Shown here piece by piece: positions 55,158 through 64,000 of a stretch of 64,000 bases of DNA. The DNA comes from Piromyces finnis finn. Lineage: Eukaryota > Fungi > Neocallimastigomycota. Location: the NCBI GenBank assembly GCA_002104945.1, contig MCFH01000039.1, positions 186,001-250,000 of the forward strand. Reading direction: 5' to 3'. Within the stretch, counting starts at the first letter, position 1. Each line of letters opens with the position of its first letter. Below the pieces are notes generated by a model. That model saw only the letters and a list, made by a program, of their open reading frames with translations, was not told the DNA's origin and ran no database searches. Position numbers and translations under genes: made by a program.

Positions 55158-56501
55158 TTTATATGTAATTATAGTTGAAAGTTGAGTGGTAGTTTGTAAA
55201 AAATATTATAATTTAACTCTATTGCTTTTTCTTTTTCATATGATCCTATAAAATATAAGCTTTTTATACTTATTTCTTTCAATGGTTATTTATTATCATT
55301 AAATTCTATAGGTGATGATTGTTGAAAAAGCAAAATTATAATTATTAGTTTTTATTTATATGTTTAAAAATAGAAAGCAAATCATATTTAAAGTTATTTT
55401 ATTAATCTTTCTATTTTACTTTTAATTAAATGAATAACAAATGAAATTCAAATTCATGATGTATTGCATTTTGAATTGATGAATTTTTATTATTCAATAT
55501 TCAATAGATATATAACTATTACTAAATAAAAAAAGGTGAAATAACTTTGTTGTTTGAAGGAAATGGATAGTTGAAAAGAGTTTAAATTTATTTATTACTA
55601 TATATACCTTCTTAATTATAACAGATATTCACATCATAAATACCAAAATTTAAAAATAACAACAACAAAAACAAAAATTCTATTAAATTGTCAATTTAAA
55701 TATCTAGAAATAGTTATTTATATATAAGTATGATTATTCTTTTTATTATTTTTTTTTTCTATTCTTTCCTAGATCCATTTTCCCTTCTTGATAAAAAAAA
55801 GTTTACTTTTTACCAAAATTAAAATTCTTTTTTTAAATTTAATAAATTAATTAATTTTAAATTAATTATAAATTAAAATTGAATTTCTATATTAAATAAA
55901 GTTTATTAATAAAAAATATCAAAAAAAAAAAAAAAATATCGAATTTTGAATTGTTTTTTCTTTAAAAAAAAAAAGAAAAAAGTGTGTTAAAAGAAAGATT
56001 TTATAAAAAAGAACGTTTATTTAAATATACGTAAAAGAAAGAAAGAAAGAAAAATAAAAAATAATATTGATATATAACAAAAGGACTTTTACTAATTTAA
56101 ATATAAATATATTATGAAAATAGTGATGATAATATAACCTATCCCTCATTATAACTTTTGATTATCTTTTAGTTGAAAAAAAAAAAAACAGTAATAATAA
56201 AATATTAAATGATAACTCATTTTTTAAAATAAAATAAAAAAAAAATACATATATATACATATATATCTTATAAAAAGAAACTATTAAAGTTGAACTTTGA
56301 TAATTTCAAATTCATATATATCATTATAAAATAAAATTTGAAATTAATAAAATACAAAAGAATTGTTTATCAACAAATCAGAAATACGTATAATAATAAT
56401 AATAACATATATATATATATATTTTTTTTTTTCAAATAAAATTCATAATTAATACAAACAATAAACAAAGAGAAAAAAGAACAATTAATAAATAAATAAC
56501 C

Positions 56502-56532
<31 letters not shown>

Positions 56533-56627
56533 AAATATAACATTAATAATAATTTAAAAAAAAAAAAGTAACCATACTACTCTCAATAAATTATATAGTT
56601 TTAATATTAAAAAAATAATACACAAAA

Positions 56628-57826
56628 ATGTCAATAGAACCAAAAAAATCTATGATTGTTGTTACTTCTGGTTTAATACTTTTATTATTCAGTTTGATGT
56701 TTATCATGATGAATAATTCAAGTCAAGATTATACTATTCAATATGAAGATAATGATACCTCAAAATTTTGGGATCATTTACGTTATGTATTAAATATAAA
56801 TCAAAATACTGATGATGATTTAATAAATGAAAAAGAAAAGGAACCAAGTAAGTATGATTTACTTCATGGTGATGTTATTATGTCAGAGTTGGGTGACCCA
56901 GTCGTAAGGTAAAGTTAATATTCAATAATAAAATGCAAAAGTAAATAACAATAATAACAAAACAACGACACCAATTCAATTTAATAAATATTTACTAAAA
57001 AATATTTTTTTTATAACAATATTATTATTATTATTATTATTATCAAACAAATATATAAAATGTGTTTAAAAAAACCCATATGATTTTGTTATATATATAG
57101 AGCTGAATTAGGTCGTGCAACTTGGCATTTATTACATTCTATTACTTCAAGATTCCCAGAAGAACCAACAGAAGAAGAATCTGTAATTATAATATTTATA
57201 TTATATATATATATTCAATTAGAAATAATTATAATATTTATATTTTATTATTCAATTAGAAAAAAGAAAGTTTATTTTCAAAATAAATGACTTGTTTATT
57301 AATTTCATTTTTTTTTTTTTCTAATCTATTTCTATTTTATATTAAAAAAGGATGCTTTAACTCAATTTATTTTCTTAACAGCAAGATTATATCCATGTGG
57401 TGATTGTGCCAAACATTTCCAAAGAATGTTAGAAAAAATCCCATATTCAACAAAAGATAGAAAAGGAGCATCAAAATGGATTTGTGATAGTAAGTACTCT
57501 TATTTTACGATGATATATAATTTTTATGATATATATATATAAAATTTTATATAATACTATTTAATTTCATATTTGTAATGAAAATAATACAAATAGTGAT
57601 GCTTTTTCATTAAAAATTTATGATATATTTTAACCTTTATTTTTTATTTTATTTTTACTTTTTTTTAAAAAAAAAAAAAAAAGTTCATAATGGAGCAAAC
57701 AAATTTTTGAAGAAGGAAATATTTGATTGTGAAAAACTTCCAGAAAGATGGCCATGTTATAAATGTGAAGAAAGTAATAATAGTACTCGTAGATTTACTG
57801 AAAATTTAAAATTAGAAAATCTTTAG
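56628..57826 (+). CDS. ERV2: Erv1/ALR-family FAD sulfhydryl oxidase, Erv2-type (N-terminal TM anchor), 4 exons
   Basis: N-terminal hydrophobic helix; ELGRATWHLLHSITSRFPEEPT; LYPCGDCAKHF; WICD.HNGAN...FDC. Confidence 0.9.
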
Positions 57827-58727
57827 ACAAATCATCAATTGAAAAATAAAAAAAAAAAAAGTTATAATAATAATATTTATTATATAATAAAGATTTATCG
57901 TTATTATTATTATAAATATAAATTTAATAGAACATTGTTTTTTTTTTCTTTTTTAAATTTTTTTTTTTTAAAAAAAAAACAAATTGTATTTCACTTTTGA
58001 TACCACAACTCAAATAAATTGAATCTATAATATTATATAAATGTAAAAAAAAAAAAAAAGAGTTTTAATATAATAAAATATACATTGACAAATATTGATA
58101 TTTAAAATTGTTATTTAAAATGATAATAATAATAATTATAATACGCTATGTTGGATTAAAGTTATAATAAGAACTTTTTCTTTTCTTTCTTTCTTTTTTT
58201 TTTCAATATATATATATATTTTCTTTTTTTTTTAAAAAAAAAAAAAAACAAATAAAAATACATTGTAATTTTTTTTATATACTGGTTTAAAAAGAAATAA
58301 ATTTTCAGTAAGAAATACATAATTCTCAAGTTGGAACACTCTTTTAAGATTTAAAATTTTTAAAAATTTTCTTTTATTTGTTTAAAAACAAAAGTTTGAA
58401 AGATATACGTTGTTCTCTTACTTTTTTTTTTTTTTTTTATAATTTTAAATAATAATAAAATAAATAAAATAAAAAAAAAAATTAAAAGGTGAAATGAAAT
58501 GATTTAATGTTAAAAGTGTTTAGTGTATAGGGTATCTATATTTTTTTTTTTTTTAATTTTTTTTTAAAAAAATAATGAATAATGACTTTAGAAAAAAAAA
58601 AAATAAAAATAAAAATAAAACATTTAAACTTTTTAATAAAACTACTTATATATATAAAGGGTATATATATATATAAAAATAAAATATACTATTATTACTA
58701 ATTAAATAATATAATAAATGATTGAGT

Positions 58728-59045
58728 TTAATTTCTTGAATAGTAATTGTTTGGTGGTTGACTAGTCATATAACTTTCATCCTCTGGATTAGAATAATAT
58801 TCACTTTCTGTATAGACATCATGCAATCTTTCTTTATCCGGATGACTATCTATTTCATTAATATCAGTAAAGGATCTTTGTTTTAATGGCATTTGCCTTT
58901 TTATAATTTTTAATTCATTTTCTGCTTTTCGTAGTTTATCATAATATTCGGATTTCAAGGTTTTATATCTATAAAAAAAAATTTTTTTTTTTTAAATATA
59001 TAAATATTATTGAAGGAATTTTTATGAAACAAACATATTTCATAA

Positions 59046-59082
<37 letters not shown>

Positions 59083-62000
59083 TAATAATAATGCTATTCA
59101 ATCATTACCTATTTTCCCATTCTTTTTCAATAGTAATCTTTTGATCAATCCATTCTTTTTTCTTTTTAGATATATCTTCATACATTTTTTTTAATCTTGA
59201 CTTATATAATGCTTTCATATCTAAAAGTGCTTGATGATACTTTTCTTCGGTTTGACTATGTTGATAGGTAATTTGAGATAATGATTTTACCGTTTTCTAG
59301 AGATAAAAATAAATAATAAATAAAATTTTAATGTCATATCAACACACCCATGTATATGTATAATTGGAATTTAAAATATTAATATATAAACATAAATTAA
59401 TAAACTATAGGGATACTATTACTACTACCTACTACTACTACTATTACTACTATTACTACTATTACTACTATTACTACTATTACTACTATTACTACTATTA
59501 CTACTATTACTACTACCTACTACTACTACTATTACTACTACTACTATTATTACTACTATTATTATTACTATTACTGCTACTACAACCAATATATATCAAT
59601 ATATATAAATAATAGAGTACCTTTGATTCATTTAATTGCTTTTTCAATTCATCGAGTTGTTTTTGATTTTGTTCATATTTATATTTAAGATGTTGTGTTT
59701 CTTTATTTCGTTCGTCAACATACTTTTTAAATTTCTTTTCAAATTCATTCTCTAATTTATTTTTAAAGGCAACACTTTGTGTTTTTAACTTTGCTATGGC
59801 TGAAGCATAGGCTTCAGAACAATGTTGGGTAATACGTGAAGAGGCTGTGGTAAGATCTTCTTTAAAACGGGCATGCCATGCTTCATCTAATTTCTTCCAA
59901 ACAACCGATTCAATTTCACTTTTAAATTCTTCAAATTCATTGGGGTATATTTCTAAAAGTTCTTTTAGACTACTTTTAGGAAAAGTTTTTTTAGAAGCTA
60001 TTTCTTTTAATTGCTCTTCTTTTTGCTGGAGGGTATCCTGAATTTTATCATATTGGTTTTTCAGGGTAATGATATCATTTTCATAACGATCCTTTTGATC
60101 CTTTAATTCCTTAATATAATTGTTTTCAACCATGGCAATGGAATTTTGATTCTCCATCATAATTTGCTTTTGCATTACCTCTAAATTCTCGATTTGTTTT
60201 TCCATTTCACGAACATAATCATTTTTATTGCGATCAATGATTTTTAATTTACTAATTTGTTCGTTACTACGATTCACTTGCTCAATATAGGTTTGTACCA
60301 GCTGCTTCAACGATAAGGATTTCAAATATTTTTCATGACTCTTTGAATTAGACGGATATTCCACACCACTACTTGGTGACGCTTGATGTTCACGATTAAA
60401 ATCATCAACATAGTTAATATTTGTATAGAGTAAGAGGCGTACAGAATCCATTTCTGTTTTATAATTTGTAATAATTTCTTGCTTTTCTTCTAATCCTTTA
60501 TCAAATTGTTGAGAAAATTCCTTTGTAATGGGTTTTTCGGCCCTCTCTTTCAAATTAATAATTTGTTGATCCTTTTCTTCATTATTTTCTTTTATTTTAA
60601 CAAGTTCTTCCTGTAAATTTGATTTTTCCTTATAATATTCAGCTTGTTTCAATTGATGATCCGATTCTAATTTCTTTATAAATGTATTTTTTTCTTGTAA
60701 TATTTCTCGTAATTCTTGGAGTTGTTCTTCATACTTTTTGGTGAGATCTCTTTTAATATTTAAAATATTAATTTCTTGTTGTTGTTGAAAATTTCTTTGC
60801 ATGGAAGCAATTTGAGCTTGTGATTCATTCGTTTCTATTAATTGTTTCTCTAATATATTGATTTGATTTTGTAAAAAACTTGTTTTTTTATTATCTGCTT
60901 CCTGAATATTATTCATCATTGTTTCGTATTTTTCTTTTAATTGTTCCATTTCATTCTTATTTTCTTTATTTTTTAATTCTTTTTTTTTTTTTTTTTTTTT
61001 AATTTGTAGAAATATAAATAATTATAAAAAATAAAATAAAATTTTAAAACATTAAAAAAAAAAAATGATTACTACTATTTCCTAATAATTATTGAATTGA
61101 AGATTATTTATATTTATTGATTCTTTTTTTTTTTTTAAAAAAAAAAAAATAGAAAATATTTACCTAATCTAGATTCTAATTCCTTATTTAATTTTAATTG
61201 AACTTCATTTAAATTTTTCAAATGTTGACATTCCTCTGTTAACTCTTTCAATACCATTCGATTCACTTCAGCTGATGGTAAATCATTATACTTATTTCTA
61301 ATTTCCTCAATAAATTTATTAATAGATGGTAATTTTTCTGTACTTTGTATTGAATTTCTACGTAGACTATTATTTTGTTGAATGGTTTTCATTGATGAAT
61401 TTTGAGAGGATCGTAAATTTGTATTACCGATCAAGGATTCATTATTTATCGAATTATTGGTTTTTGTGTTTACGGATGTCAAATGTTCTTTTATACTTTG
61501 AGTGGAAATGTTATTATTATTAATACCTGATTTAGTTTTATTAGCTATGCTGGTACTATTTACAAAACTATTTAAATGATTACTATTTTGACTATTGGTA
61601 TTGGCATTTAGACTTTTATTCAATGAATGCTGAAGACTTTTTGTTGGTAAACTAATATTATTTGGATTTAAAGGTTCATTGGTCATGCTATTATCTACAA
61701 TTAAATCTTTTATTTCTAATTTATCATTTGTCGTTTGATTGGCATTTTTCGTATTTTTAATATTAAAAATATAATTATATATACTATTATCCGTCATGCT
61801 TGTATTATTTTCCTTGTTCATAGTATTTATGTATTCGTAAATACTTTGTCTATCAAACGAAACCTCATTATTATTAACTTGAATAGCTTCCTGTATATTA
61901 CTATTGCTATTTAGCAAACTAAAGTTAACTTCATTATTATTCTCTTTTTGCGTATCATAGAGGGTAACTGAAGATTCCTTCTTTAATATATTTTGTTCAT

Positions 62001-63669
62001 CCATAGTATTATCCACAATATTTAATCCGTAGCCTAGTACTGATTTATTTGACGATTGACTCTTATTCATTTGATTATTTTTAATATCCTCTAGGCTGTC
62101 AATATTTAATATCTTACTTGAAGTTTGACTTTTATTTAGTTGCATATTTTTATTAATGTCTTCAAGAGTGGTATTTAAAAATGATTTATTTGAGGACTGA
62201 CTTTTATTCAATCTATTTTCACGATTCCCTTCCAAGCTACTATTAAGGAAGGACTTCTTGGAGGATTGACTTTTATTTAATAGACTTTTACTGTCTTCCT
62301 CATTATCACTATTCAAAAAAGATTTATTTAAAGATTGGCTTTTACCAAGAAGGTTACTTATAATGGAATTGTTTGATGAAGTTGCTTTATCTAAATTTAG
62401 GGATAGAGAATTGGAAAAAACATTATTTTTTATGTTTGAATTATCAATGATAAAAGATTGAGAGGTTTTAGGAAGTGGAGGCTTAGATAGATGCTGGTTA
62501 TTTAAAATACTAAAATTATTTAGATCTTCTTTACCACTTTGTTCACCCGTATAACTAAACAAAAATGAAGAATTTTGATCCTTGGTTTGTTTAGACGCTG
62601 ATAAAATAATAGACGATAAACTATTATTTGTTTGATTATTTAGATTTTCATTAATTTGAGATTGATTAAAATTATTAAAATTTAAATCTAAATTTTTAAC
62701 AATGGAATTGTCTGTTTTATTATTTATAATACTACTTTTTTCCGGAGATTTTGACAATAAATTGGTTGATTCAAGGTTAATTTTGGGTTTATTGGACAGT
62801 GAATTAGATAAGGATAAATTAAAGGAAGAATTAATTTTACTATGTAACGATTCAACAGATTTATTTTCTTTAAATAATTCAACTAATGATTTTTTATTTC
62901 CGATATTTATGTCATATAAGGAGGTATTGTTTGAATTAAGCTCTGACTTTAAAAATTCTGCTGTAGATACTTTATTGCTAAATGAACCCATACTTTTATC
63001 AATTTCATCTAAAAATGTATTATTTGTATTATTTTTATTTTTACAATTTAAATTATTTAATTGGCTGTTATTTTCTTTATCAGAATTAATACTTTTATTA
63101 ACACTATTGATATTAGTACTATTGTTACAAGTATTATTTTTATTATTATTATCACGGTCGTTGTTATTGCTTTTGCTGTTGCTATTGCTATTATTGTTTA
63201 AAATATTATTATTGTCCTGTATTATTATATTATCTTTATTGAATTTTAAATTTAAATTATCTTCCTTTTCAGATGTTGTTTTAATTATTTCAATTTTTGA
63301 ATAACTTTTATTTATTGAATCAAGATTTAATATTTTATTATTAATTAAATCAAAGTTAAAATCAATGTTATCGTCTTGACCAATGTTATTGTTCTTTTCT
63401 ACTTCTTCTTCTAAAATTCTATTTTCATTTGATTCGTCAAAGAAATTCATATCATTGAGCTCCTGTTTTATTTTCTCTATACTTACTTCAGGAGGTTCAA
63501 AAAGTTCAACGTCTCTTGAATGATCGGTTGATATATTAAATTGTAAACTTGAAATTTGAAAAATATCTGAATTAACTGTTTGATTTAATAATATATCAAA
63601 TTGTTCCTCTGTTAAAGAATTATCACTTATACGGTTAATATTATTTTCATTCGTCTGAACAATAGACAT
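58728..63669 (-). CDS. Large (~1400 aa) protein with N/S-rich N-terminus and coiled-coil C-terminus; function unknown, 4 exons
   Basis: Long ORFs 63669-61135 and 60949-59513 join with exons at about 59297-59109 and 58970-58728. The C-terminal half is E/K/Q-rich with heptad character. Confidence 0.75.
59418..59585. repeat. (ACT/ATT)n compound microsatellite in intron
   Basis: Direct inspection; it explains the spurious poly-Y/L ORF at 59364-59612. Confidence 0.92.
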
Positions 63670-64000
63670 ATTCGTTTTTTTTTTTTTTTTTTTTTTTTTT
63701 TTGGTATTTTATATATATTATTTTAGTTGATTTATATTTATAATTTAGTTGAATTGGATATAAATAATTGTTAAATACAATATATTTTGATATAGGGAAT
63801 CAAAAAATTTTAATTCAATATTAAACATAATGATTTATAATTAAATTTACTTAATACATTTTTAATCTTATATAATAATAGTAGTTACTTTATTATTATC
63901 TTTTTATCTATATACAAATTATACAAATTTTTGGAAATAGCTTTATTTAAAAGTTGAGATTGAATGAATATTTAATTTTTACTCCTGCTTAAAAATATAA

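Noticed and set aside
62702-63304. Antisense ORFs 62702-63304, 61326-61523, 59847-60041, 54273-54530, 36352-36579, 29378-29593, 27775-28185, 15737-15943, 12393-12638 and 8421-8711
   Set aside because: Shadow frames overlapping well-supported genes on the other strand or in another frame.

Overview
Extremely AT-rich, intron-dense eukaryotic DNA. It is most likely from an anaerobic gut fungus (Neocallimastigomycota). That is an inference from base composition, short GT-AG introns, fungal-type Rav1/Erv2/short Rmi1, and a flagellar radial-spoke gene; no database check was possible. The window holds about 13 multi-exon genes: RAV1 (3' part), an Ent3/EpsinR-like ENTH protein, an unknown coiled-coil gene, a ZGRF1-like DUF2439+SF1 helicase, RMI1, PPWD1, an FMN alpha-hydroxy acid oxidase ending in SKL, RSPH9, a TLDc protein, SMC1, a FOP/CEP43-like protein, ERV2 and a large coiled-coil protein. 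The most unusual signals are (1) an accessory island at about 48.8-52 kb containing a ~335-bp-arm foldback of a decayed GPI-protein gene, a GC-elevated non-coding block with a CTAACCCTAA telomerase-template-like motif next to a hairpin, and an intronless orphan ORF; (2) a snR39b/SNORD2-like C/D snoRNA in an SMC1 intron with substitutions at two critical positions; (3) a PTS1-bearing oxidase in a presumed anaerobe; (4) a GRF-less full-length ZGRF1 lying head-to-head with RMI1; and (5) a 29-aa transmembrane smORF candidate. Exon joins and family assignments were read by eye and from remembered family motifs.
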